Of a stretch of 64,000 bases of DNA, positions 51,701 to 64,000 are shown one piece after another. The notes under the pieces are model-generated. The model saw only the letters and a program-made list of their open reading frames with translations, had not been told where the DNA came from and did not search any database. Numbering within the stretch: position 1 is the first letter of the stretch; every line of letters begins with the position of its first letter. The DNA is from Nemertoderma westbladi. Lineage: Eukaryota; Animalia; Xenacoelomorpha. Both the position numbers and the translations under genes were made by a program. The stretch is from contig JAUCBJ010006414.1 of assembly GCA_032718475.1 (NCBI GenBank), positions 1 through 64,000 on the forward strand, written 5' to 3'.

Positions 51701-54700
51701 GTCACATAATAATGCAGTTCAACAAACTTCTCCACCACAGTCACATAATAATGCAGTTCAACAAACTTCTCCCGAATACACACTGTCACATAATAATGCA
51801 GTTCAACAAACTTCTCCACCACAGTCACATAATAATGCAGTTCAACAAACTTCTCCCGAATACACACTGTCACATAATAATGCAGTTCAACAAACTTCTC
51901 CACCACAGTCACATAATAATGCAGTTCAACAAACTTCTCCCGAATACACACTGTCACATAATAATGCAGTTCAACAAACTTCTCCACCACAGTCACATAA
52001 TAATGCAGTTCAACAAACTTCTCCCGAATACACACTGTCACATAATAATGTAGTTCAACAAACTTCTCCACCACAGTCACATAATAATGCAGTTCAACAA
52101 ACTTCTCCACCACAGTCACATAATAATGCAGTTCAACAAACTTCTCCCGAATACACACTGTCACATAATAATGCAGTTCAACAAACTTCTCCACCACAGT
52201 CACATAATAATGCAGTTCAACAAACTTCTCCCGAATACACACTGTCACATAATAATGCAGTTCAACAAACTTCTCCACCACAGTCACATAATAATGCAGT
52301 TCAACAAACTTCTCCCGAATACACACTGTCACATAATAATGCAGTTCAACAAACTTCTCCACCACAGTCACATAATAATGCAGTTCAACAAACTTCTCCA
52401 CCACAGTCACATAATAATGCAGTTCAACAAACTTCTCCCGAATACACACTGTCACATAATAATGCAGTTCAACAAACTTCTCCACCACAGTCACATAATA
52501 ATGCAGTTCAACAAACTTCTCCCGAATACACACTGTCACATAATAATGCAGTTCAACAAACTTCTCCACCACAGTCACATAATAATGCAGTTCAACAAAC
52601 TTCTCCACCACAGTCACATAATAATGCAGTTCAACAAACTTCTCCCGAATACACACTGTCACATAATAATGCAGTTCAACAAACTTCTCCACCACAGTCA
52701 CATAATAATGCAGTTCAACAAACTTCTCCCGAATACACACTGTCACATAATAATGCAGTTCAACAAACTTCTCCACCACAGTCACATAATAATGCAGTTC
52801 AACAAACTTCTCCCGAATACACACTGTCACATAATAATGCAGTTCAACAAACTTCTCCACCACAGTCACATAATAATGCAGTTCAACAAACTTCTCCACC
52901 ACAGTCACATAATAATGCAGTTCAACAAACTTCTCCCGAATACACACTGTCACATAATAATGCAGTTCAACAAACTTCTCCACCACAGTCACATAATAAT
53001 GCAGTTCAACAAACTTCTCCCGAATACACACTGTCACATAATAATGCAGTTCAACAAACTTCTCCACCACAGTCACATAATAATGCAGTTCAACAAACTT
53101 CTCCCGAATACACACTGTCACATAATAATGCAGTTCAACAAACTTCTCCCACCACAGTCACATAATAATGCAGTTCAACAAACTTCTCCCGAGTACACAC
53201 TGTCACATAATAATGCAGTTCAACAAACTTCTCCACCACAGTCACATAATAATGCAGTTCAACAAACTTCTCCCGAATACACACTGTCACATAATAATGC
53301 AGTTCAACAAACTTCTCCACCACAGTCACATAATAATGCAGTTCAACAAACTTCTCCCGAATACACACTGTCACATAATAATGCAGTTCAACAAACTTCT
53401 CCCCCACAGTCACATAATAATGCAGTTCAACAAACTTCTCCCGAATACACACTGTCACATAATAATGCAGTTCAACAAACTTCTCCACCACAGTCACATA
53501 ATAATGCAGTTCAACAAACTTCTCCCGAATACACACTGTCACATAATAATGCAGTTCAACAAACTTCTCCACCACAGTCACATAATAATGCAGTTCAACA
53601 AACTTCTCCACCACAGTCACATAATAATGCAGTTCAACAAACTTCTCCCCCACAGTCACATAATAATGCAGTTCAACAAACTTCTCCACCACTGTCACAT
53701 AATAATGCAGTTCAACAAACTTCTCCACCACAGTCACATAATAATGCAGTTCAACAAACTTCTCCCGAATACACACTGTCACATAATAATGCAGTTCAAC
53801 AAACTTCTCCCAAGTACACACTGTCACATAATAATGTAGTTCAACAAACTTCTCCCGAATACACACTGTCACATAATAATGCAGTTCAACAAACTTCTCC
53901 ACCACAGTCACATAATAATGCAGTTCAACAAACTTCTCCACCACAGTCACATAATAATGCAGTTCAACAAACTTCTCCCGAATACACACTGTCACATAAT
54001 AATGCAGTTCAACAAACTTCTCCCGAATACACACTGTCACATAATAATGCAGTTCAACAAACTTCTCCACCACAGTCACATAATAATGCAGTTCAACAAA
54101 CTTCTCCCGAATACACACTGTCACATAATAATGCAGTTCAACAAACTTCTCCACCACAGTCACATAATAATGCGGTTCAACAAACTTCTCCCAAGTACAC
54201 ACTCGACATAATAATGCAGTTCAACAAACTTCTCCCGAATACACACTGTCACATAATAATGCAGTTCAACAAACTTCTCCCCCACAGTCACATAATAATG
54301 CAGTTCAACAAACTTCTCCACCACTGTCACATAATAATGCAGTTCAACAAACTTCTCCACCACAGTCACATAATAATGCAGTTCAACAAACTTCTCCCGA
54401 ATACACACTGTCACATAATAATGCAGTTCAACAAACTTCTCCACCACAGTCACATAATAATGCAGTTCAACAAACTTCTCCACCACAGTCACATAATAAT
54501 GCAGTTCAACAAACTTCTCCACCACAGTCACATAATAATGCAGTTCAACAAACTTCTCCCAAGTACACACTGTCACATAATAATGTAGTTCAACAAACTT
54601 CTCCCGAATACACACTGTCACATAATAATGCAGTTCAACAAACTTCTCCACCACAGTCACATAATAATGCAGTTCAACAAACTTCTCCACCACAGTCACA

Positions 54701-57700
54701 TAATAATGCAGTTCAACAAACTTCTCCCGAATACACACTGTCACATAATAATGCAGTTCAACAAACTTCTCCCGAATACACACTGTCACATAATAATGCA
54801 GTTCAACAAACTTCTCCACCACAGTCACATAATAATGCAGTTCAACAAACTTCTCCCGAATACACACTGTCACATAATAATGCAGTTCAACAAACTTCTC
54901 CACCACAGTCACATAATAATGCGGTTCAACAAACTTCTCCCAAGTACACACTCGACATAATAATGCAGTTCAACAAACTTCTCCCGAATACACACTGTCA
55001 CATAATAATGCAGTTCAACAAACTTCTCCCGAATACACACTGTTACATAATAATGCAGTTCAACAAACTTCTCCACCACAGTCACATAATAATGCAGTTC
55101 AACAAACTTCTCCACCACAGTCACATAATAATGCAGTTCAACAAACTTCTCCCAAGTACACACTCGACATAATAATGCAGTTCAACAAACTTCTCCCGAA
55201 TACACACTGTCACATAATAATGCAGTTCAACAAACTTCTCCACCACAGTCACATAATAATGCAGTTCAACAAACTTCTCCACCACAGTCACATAATAATG
55301 CAGTTCAACAAACTTCCCCCGAATACACACTGTCACATAATAATGCAGTTCAACAAACTTCTCCCAAGTACACACTGTCACATAATAATGCGGTTCAACA
55401 AACTTCTCCCAAGTACACACTCGACATAATAATGCAGTTCAACAAACTTCTCCCGAATACACACTGTCACATAATAATGCAGTTCAACAAACTTCTCCCG
55501 AATACACACTGTTACATAATAATGCAGTTCAACAAACTTCTCCACCACAGTCACATAATAATGCAGTTCAACAAACTTCTCCACCACAGTCACATAATAA
55601 TGCAGTTCAACAAACTTCTCCACCACAGTCACATAATAATGCAGTTCAACAAACTTCTCCCGAATACACACTGTCACATAATAATGCAGTTCAACAAACT
55701 TCTCCACCACAGTCACATAATAATGCAGTTCAACAAACTTCTCCACCACAGTCACATAATAATGCAGTTCAACAAACTTCTCCCAAGTACACACTGTCAC
55801 ATAATAATGCGGTTCAACAAACTTCTCCCAAGTACACACTCGACATAATAATGCAGTTCAACAAACTTCTCCCGAATACACACTGTCACATAATAATGCA
55901 GTTCAACAAACTTCTCCCGAATACACACTGTCACATAATAATGCGGTTCAACAAACTTCTCCCAAGTACACACTGTCACATAATAATGCAGTTCAACAAA
56001 CTTCTCCCGAATACACACTGTCACATAATAATGCGGTTCAACAAACTTCTCCCAAGTACACACTGTCACATAATAATGCAGTTCAACAAACTTCTCCCGA
56101 ATACACACTGTCACATAATAATGCAGTTCAACAAACTTCTCCCAAGTACACACTCGACATAATAATGCAGTTCAACAAACTTCTCCCGAATACACACTGT
56201 CACATAATAATGCAGTTCAACAAACTTCTCCACCACAGTCACATAATAATGCAGTTCAACAAACTTCTCCACCACAGTCACATAATAATGCAGTTCAACA
56301 AACTTCTCCCAAGTACACACTGTCACATAATAATGCGGTTCAACAAACTTCTCCCAAGTACACACTCGACATAATAATGCAGTTCAACAAACTTCTCCCG
56401 AATACACACTGTCACATAATAATGCAGTTCAACAAACTTCTCCCGAATACACACTGTCACATAATAATGCGGTTCAACAAACTTCTCCCAAGTACACACT
56501 GTCACATAATAATGCAGTTCAACAAACTTCTCCCAAGTACACACTCGACATAATAATGCAGTTCAACAAACTTCTCCCGAATACACACTGTCACATAATA
56601 ATGCAGTTCAACAAACTTCTCCACCACAGTCACATAATAATGCAGTTCAACAAACTTCTCCACCACAGTCACATAATAATGCAGTTCAACAAACTTCTCC
56701 CAAGTACACACTGTCACATAATAATGCGGTTCAACAAACTTCTCCCAAGTACACACTCGACATAATAATGCAGTTCAACAAACTTCTCCCGAATACACAC
56801 TGTCACATAATAATGCAGTTCAACAAACTTCTCCCGAATACACACTGTCACATAATAATGCGGTTCAACAAACTTCTCCCAAGTACACACTGTCACATAA
56901 TAATGCAGTTCAACAAACTTCTCCCGAATACACACTGTCACATAATAATGCGGTTCAACAAACTTCTCCCAAGTACACACTGTCACATAATAATGCAGTT
57001 CAACAAACTTCTCCCGAATACACACTGTCACATAATAATGCGGTTCAACAAACTTCTCCCAAGTACACACTGTCACATAATAATGCAGTTCAACAAACTT
57101 CTCCACCACAGTCACATAATAATGCAGTTCAACAAACTTCTCCCGAATACACACTGTCACATAATAATGCAGTTCAACAAACTTCTCCCAAGTACACACT
57201 CGACATAATAATGCAGTTCAACAAACTTCTCCCAAGTACACACTCGACATAATAATGCAGTTCAACAAACTTCTCCCGAATACACACTGTCACATAATAA
57301 TGCAGTTCAACAAACTTCTCCACCACAGTCACATAATAATGCAGTTCAACAAACTTCTCCACCACAGTCACATAATAATGCAGTTCAACAAACTTCTCCC
57401 AAGTACACACTGTCACATAATAATGCGGTTCAACAAACTTCTCCCAAGTACACACTCGACATAATAATGCAGTTCAACAAACTTCTCCCGAATACACACT
57501 GTCACATAATAATGCAGTTCAACAAACTTCTCCCGAATACACACTGTCACATAATAATGCGGTTCAACAAACTTCTCCCAAGTACACACTGTCACATAAT
57601 AATGCAGTTCAACAAACTTCTCCCAAGTACACACTCGACATAATAATGCAGTTCAACAAACTTCTCCCGAATACACACTGTCACATAATAATGCAGTTCA

Positions 57701-60700
57701 ACAAACTTCTCCACCACAGTCACATAATAATGCAGTTCAACAAACTTCTCCACCACAGTCACATAATAATGCAGTTCAACAAACTTCTCCCAAGTACACA
57801 CTGTCACATAATAATGCGGTTCAACAAACTTCTCCCAAGTACACACTCGACATAATAATGCAGTTCAACAAACTTCTCCCGAATACACACTGTCACATAA
57901 TAATGCAGTTCAACAAACTTCTCCCGAATACACACTGTCACATAATAATGCGGTTCAACAAACTTCTCCCAAGTACACACTGTCACATAATAATGCAGTT
58001 CAACAAACTTCTCCCGAATACACACTGTCACATAATAATGCGGTTCAACAAACTTCTCCCAAGTACACACTGTCACATAATAATGCAGTTCAACAAACTT
58101 CTCCCGAATACACACTGTCACATAATAATGCGGTTCAACAAACTTCTCCCAAGTACACACTGTCACATAATAATGCAGTTCAACAAACTTCTCCACCACA
58201 GTCACATAATAATGCAGTTCAACAAACTTCTCCCGAATACACACTGTCACATAATAATGCAGTTCAACAAACTTCTCCCGAATACACACTGTCACATAAT
58301 AATGCAGTTCAACAAACTTCTCCACCACAGTCACATAATAATGCAGTTCAACAAACTTCTCCACCACAGTCACATAATAATGCAGTTCAACAAACTTCTC
58401 CCGAATACACACTGTTACATAATAATGCAGTTCAACAAACTTCTCCCGAATACACACTGTCACATAATAATGCAGTTCAACAAACTTCTCCACCACAGTC
58501 ACATAATAATGCAGTTCAACAAACTTCTCCCGAATACACACTGTTACATAATAATGCAGTTCAACAAACTTCTCCCGAATACACACTGTCACATAATAAT
58601 GCAGTTCAACAAACTTCTCCCAAGTACACACTGTCACATAATAATGCGGTTCAACAAACTTCTCCCAAGTACACACTCGACATAATAATGCAGTTCAACA
58701 AACTTCTCCCGAATACACACTGTCACATAATAATGCAGTTCAACAAACTTCTCCCGAATACACACTGTCACATAATAATGCAGTTCAACAAACTTCTCCA
58801 CCACAGTCACATAATAATGCAGTTCAACAAACTTCTCCCGAATACACACTGTCACATAATAATGCAGTTCAACAAACTTCTCCACCACAGTCACATAATA
58901 ATGCAGTTCAACAAACTTCTCCCGAATACACACTGTCACATAATAATGCAGTTCAACAAACTTCTCCCGAATACACACTGTCACATAATAATGCAGTTCA
59001 ACAAACTTCTCCACCACAGTCACATAATAATGCAGTTCAACAAACTTCTCCACCACAGTCACATAATAATGCAGTTCAACAAACTTCTCCCGAATACACA
59101 CTGTCACATAATAATGCAGTTCAACAAACTTCTCCCAAGTACACACTGTCACATAATAATGCGGTTCAACAAACTTCTCCCAAGTACACACTCGACATAA
59201 TAATGCAGTTCAACAAACTTCTCCCGAATACACACTGTCACATAATAATGCAGTTCAACAAACTTCTCCCGAATACACACTGTTACATAATAATGCAGTT
59301 CAACAAACTTCTCCCGAATACACACTGTCACATAATAATGCAGTTCAACAAACTTCTCCACCACAGTCACATAATAATGCAGTTCAACAAACTTCTCCCG
59401 AATACACACTGTCACATAATAATGCAGTTCAACAAACTTCTCCACCACAGTCACATAATAATGCAGTTCAACAAACTTCTCCCGAATACACACTGTCACA
59501 TAATAATGTAGTTCAACAAACTTCTCCCGAATACACACTGTCACATAATAATGCAGTTCAACAAACTTCTCCACCACAGTCACATAATAATGCAGTTCAA
59601 CAAACTTCTCCCGAATACACACTGTCACATAATAATGCAGTTCAACAAACTTCTCCCGAATACACACTGTCACATAATAATGCAGTTCAACAAACTTCTC
59701 CCAAGTACACACTGTCACATAATAATGCGGTTCAACAAACTTCTCCCAAGTACACACTCGACATAATAATGCAGTTCAACAAACTTCTCCCGAATACACA
59801 CTGTCACATAATAATGCAGTTCAACAAACTTCTCCCGAATACACACTGTCACATAATAATGCGGTTCAACAAACTTCTCCCAAGTACACACTGTCACATA
59901 ATAATGCAGTTCAACAAACTTCTCCCGAATACACACTGTCACATAATAATGCGGTTCAACAAACTTCTCCCAAGTACACACTGTCACATAATAATGCAGT
60001 TCAACAAACTTCTCCCGAATACACACTGTCACATAATAATGCAGTTCAACAAACTTCTCCCGAATACACACTGTCACATAATAATGCGGTTCAACAAACT
60101 TCTCCCAAGTACACACTGTCACATAATAATGCAGTTCAACAAACTTCTCCCGAATACACACTGTCACATAATAATGCAGTTCAACAAACTTCTCCCAAGT
60201 ACACACTGTCACATAATAATGCGGTTCAACAAACTTCTCCCAAGTACACACTCGACATAATAATGCAGTTCAACAAACTTCTCCCGAATACACACTGTCA
60301 CATAATAATGCAGTTCAACAAACTTCTCCCGAATACACACTGTCACATAATAATGCAGTTCAACAAACTTCTCCCAAGTACACACTCGACATAATAATGC
60401 AGTTCAACAAACTTCTCCCGAATACACACTGTCACATAATAATGCAGTTCAACAGAACTTCTCCCGAATACACACTGTCACATAATAATGCAGTTCAACA
60501 AACTTCTCCCGAATACACACTGTCACATAATAATGCAGTTCAACAAACTTCTCCCGAATACACACTGTCACATAATAATGCAGTTCAACAAACTTCTCCC
60601 GAATACACACTGTCACATAATAATGCAGTTCAACAAACTTCTCCCAAGTACACACTCGACATAATAATGCAGTTCAACAAACTTCTCCCAAGTACACACT

Positions 60701-63700
60701 CGACATAATAATGCAGTTCAACAAACTTCTCCCGAATACACACTGTCACATAATAATGCAGTTCAACAAACTTCTCCCGAATACACACTCGACATAATAA
60801 TGCAGTTCAACAAACTTCTCCCGAATACACACTGTCACATAATAATGCAGTTCAACAAACTTCTCCCGAATACACACTGTCACATAATAATGCAGTTCAA
60901 CAAACTTCTCCCGAATACACACTGTCACATAATAATGCAGTTCAACAAACTTCTCCCAAGTACACACTCGACATAATAATGCAGTTCAACAAACTTCTCC
61001 CGAATACACACTGTCACATAATAATGCAGTTCAACAAACTTCTCCCGAATACACACTCGACATAATAATGCAGTTCAACAAACTTCTCCCGAATACACAC
61101 TGTCACATAATAATGCAGTTCAACAAACTTCTCCCGAATACACACTGTCACATAATAATGCAGTTCAACAAACTTCTCCCGAATACACACTGTCACATAA
61201 TAATGCAGTTCAACAAACTTCTCCCGAATACACACTGTCACATAATAATGCAGTTCAACAAACTTCTCCCAAGTACACACTCGACATAATAATGCAGTTC
61301 AACAAACTTCTCCCGAATACACACTGTCACATAATAATGCAGTTCAACAAACTTCTCCCAAGTACACACTCGACATAATAATGCAGTTCAACAAACTTCT
61401 CCCGAATACACACTCGACATAATAATGCAGTTCAACAAACTTCTCCCAAGTACACACTGTCACATAATAATGCAGTTCAACAAACTTCTCCCAAGTACAC
61501 ACTCGACATAATAATGCAGTTCAACAAACTTCTCCCGAATACACACTGTCACATAATAATGCAGTTCAACAAACTTCTCCCAAGTACACACTCGACATAA
61601 TAATGCAGTTCAACAAACTTCTCCCGAATACACACTGTCACATAATAATGCAGTTCAACAAACTTCTCCCAAGTACACACTCGACATAATAATGCAGTTC
61701 AACAAACTTCTCCCGAATACACACTGTCACATAATAATGTAGTTCAACAAACTTCTCCCAAGTACACACTCGACATAATAATGCAGTTCAACAAACTTCT
61801 CCCAAGTACACACTGTCACATAATAATGCAGTTCAACAAACTTCTCCCAAGTACACACTCGACATAATAATGCAGTTCAACAAACTTCTCCCGAATACAC
61901 ACTGTCACATAATAATGCAGTTCAACAAACTTCTCCCACCACAGTCACATAATAATGCAGTTCAACAAACTTCTCCCGAATACACACTGTCACATAATAA
62001 TGCAGTTCAACAAACTTCTCCCAAGTACACACTGTCACATAATAATGCAGTTCAACAAACTTCTCCCAAGTACACACTGTCACATAATAATGCAGTTCAA
62101 CAAACTTCTCCCGAATACACACTGTCACATAATAATGCAGTTCAACAAACTTCTCCCAAGTACACACTCGACATAATAATGCAGTTCAACAAACTTCTCC
62201 CAAGTACACACTGTCACATAATAATGCAGTTCAACAAACTTCTCCCAAGTACACACTCGACATAATAATGCAGTTCAACAAACTTCTCCCGAATACACAC
62301 TGTCACATAATAATGCAGTTCAACAAACTTCTCCCAAGTACACACTCGACATAATAATGCAGTTCAACAAACTTCTCCCGAATACACACTGTCACATAAT
62401 AATGCAGTTCAACAAACTTCTCCCAAGTACACACTCGACATAATAATGCAGTTCAACAAACTTCTCCCGAATACACACTGTCACATAATAATGCAGTTCA
62501 ACAAACTTCTCCCAAGTACACACTCGACATAATAATGCAGTTCAACAAACTTCTCCCGAATACACACTGTCACATAATAATGCAGTTCAACAAACTTCTC
62601 CCAAGTACACACTCGACATAATAATGCAGTTCAACAAACTTCTCCCGAATACACACTGTCACATAATAATGCAGTTCAACAAACTTCTCCCAAGTACACA
62701 CTCGACATAATAATGCAGTTCAACAAACTTCTCCCGAATACACACTGTCACATAATAATGCAGTTCAACAAACTTCTCCCAAGTACACACTCGACATAAT
62801 AATGCAGTTCAACAAACTTCTCCCGAATACACACTGTCACATAATAATGCAGTTCAACAAACTTCTCCCAAGTACACACTCGACATAATAATGCAGTTCA
62901 ACAAACTTCTCCCGAATACACACTGTCACATAATAATGCAGTTCAACAAACTTCTCCCAAGTACACACTCGACATAATAATGCAGTTCAACAAACTTCTC
63001 CCGAATACACACTGTCACATAATAATGCAGTTCAACAAACTTCTCCCGAATACACACTGTCACATAATAATGCAGTTCAACAAACTTCTCCCAAGTACAC
63101 ACTCGACATAATAATGCAGTTCAACAAACTTCTCCCGAATACACACTGTCACATAATAATGCAGTTCAACAAACTTCTCCCAAGTACACACTCGACATAA
63201 TAATGCAGTTCAACAAACTTCTCCCAAGTACACACTGTCACATAATAATGCAGTTCAACAAACTTCTCCCAAGTACACACTCGACATAATAATGCAGTTC
63301 AACAAACTTCTCCCGAATACACACTGTCACATAATAATGCAGTTCAACAAACTTCTCCCAAGTACACACTCGACATAATAATGCAGTTCAACAAACTTCT
63401 CCCGAATACACACTGTCACATAATAATGCAGTTCAACAAACTTCTCCCAAGTACACACTCGACATAATAATGCAGTTCAACAAACTTCTCCCGAATACAC
63501 ACTGTCACATAATAATGCAGTTCAACAAACTTCTCCCAACACAGTCACATAATAATGCAGTTCAACAAACTTCTCCCGAATACACACTGTCACATAATAA
63601 TGCAGTTCAACAAACTTCTCCCAAGTACACACTCGACATAATAATGCAGTTCAACAAACTTCTCCCAAGTACACACTCGACATAATAATGCAGTTCAACA

Positions 63701-64000
63701 AACTTCTCCCGAATACACACTGTCACATAATAATGCAGTTCAACAAACTTCTCCCAAGTACACACTCGACATAATAATGCAGTTCAACAAACTTCTCCCA
63801 AGTACACACTCGACATAATAATGCAGTTCAACAAACTTCTCCCAAGTACACACTCGACATAATAATGCAGTTCAACAAACTTCTCCCAAGTACACACTCG
63901 ACATAATAATGCAGTTCAACAAACTTCTCCCGAATACACACTGTCACATAATAATGCAGTTCAACAAACTTCTCCCAAGTACACACTCGACATAATAATG
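21726..64000. repeat. 45/44/39-bp monomer domain of the satellite
   Basis: Essentially all junctions are CATAATAATG. Variants are CCCAAGTAC (from 21881), CACTCGACAT (44 bp, from ~20870) and CTCCACCACAGTCAC (39 bp, from ~29120-29250). 24 identical 45-mers lie at 31501-32580. Confidence 0.95.

Larger units (their letters stand above)
11610..64000. repeat. Large satellite DNA array, 43/45-bp monomer family with 44- and 39-bp variants; runs off the window end
   Basis: Uninterrupted head-to-tail array. Proximal consensus AATGCAGTTCACCAAACTTCCCCCGAATGCACACTGTCACATA (43 bp). Distal consensus AATGCAGTTCAACAAACTTCTCCCGAATACACACTGTCACATAAT (45 bp). No foreign insertions or inversions seen. Confidence 0.99.

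Noticed and set aside
53140-63545. Singleton 1-bp indel monomers (~53150, ~60455, ~61937, ~63538)
   Set aside because: Isolated indels next to homopolymers in a long array are as likely consensus or sequencing errors as real variants. They cannot be judged without reads.
15175-63685. Hundreds of ORFs up to 1,940 aa (MQFNKLLPNTHCHII / VTVCIREKFVELHYY / NNAVQQTSPEYTLSH repeats)
   Set aside because: They arise because the 45- and 39-bp units are multiples of 3 and are open in several frames on both strands. Frame-breaking 43/44-bp units and the stop-creating ATGTAG variant are spread freely, and there are no unique N- or C-terminal domains.
11610-64000. CRISPR-like appearance (constant segment plus variable segment)
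   Set aside because: The variable parts are a handful of recurring alleles of one sequence, not unique spacers. There are no cas genes and the context is eukaryotic.
11610-64000. Telomeric repeat interpretation of the C/A-rich array
   Set aside because: No TTAGG/TTAGGG-type units. The G-rich strand points toward the gene rather than toward the distal end, opposite to telomere polarity if the chromosome end lay to the right.

Overview
AT-rich eukaryotic (probably invertebrate animal) genomic DNA at a gene/satellite boundary. The first ~7.5 kb is a patchwork of transposon relics and minisatellites. It includes a non-autonomous hAT-type element with intact TIRs and an 8-bp TSD (2631-3479), a GC-rich 24-bp minisatellite (3733-5040), and a 60/68-bp minisatellite interrupted by a degenerate Penelope-like retroelement (6165-7027) with an inverted pseudo-LTR, RT-thumb and GIY-YIG-tail remnants and a hammerhead-like motif. 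The only credible gene is an uninterrupted 933-codon adhesion GPCR (signal peptide-LRR-HormR-like-GAIN/GPS-7TM, 7964-10765 +). From 11610 to the window end runs one >52-kb satellite array (roughly 1,200 monomers by length estimate). It starts at a hairpin formed with an inverted partial monomer, and its monomer changes along the array (43 -> 45 -> 44/39-bp variants) with nested higher-order duplications. The hundreds of repetitive ORFs in the track are artefacts of repeat units that are multiples of 3. I found no prokaryotic-type system (CRISPR, operon) and no clear evidence of a new multi-gene system. The most interesting signals are the hairpin-seeded, layered satellite, the PLE relic and the intronless LRR-aGPCR.
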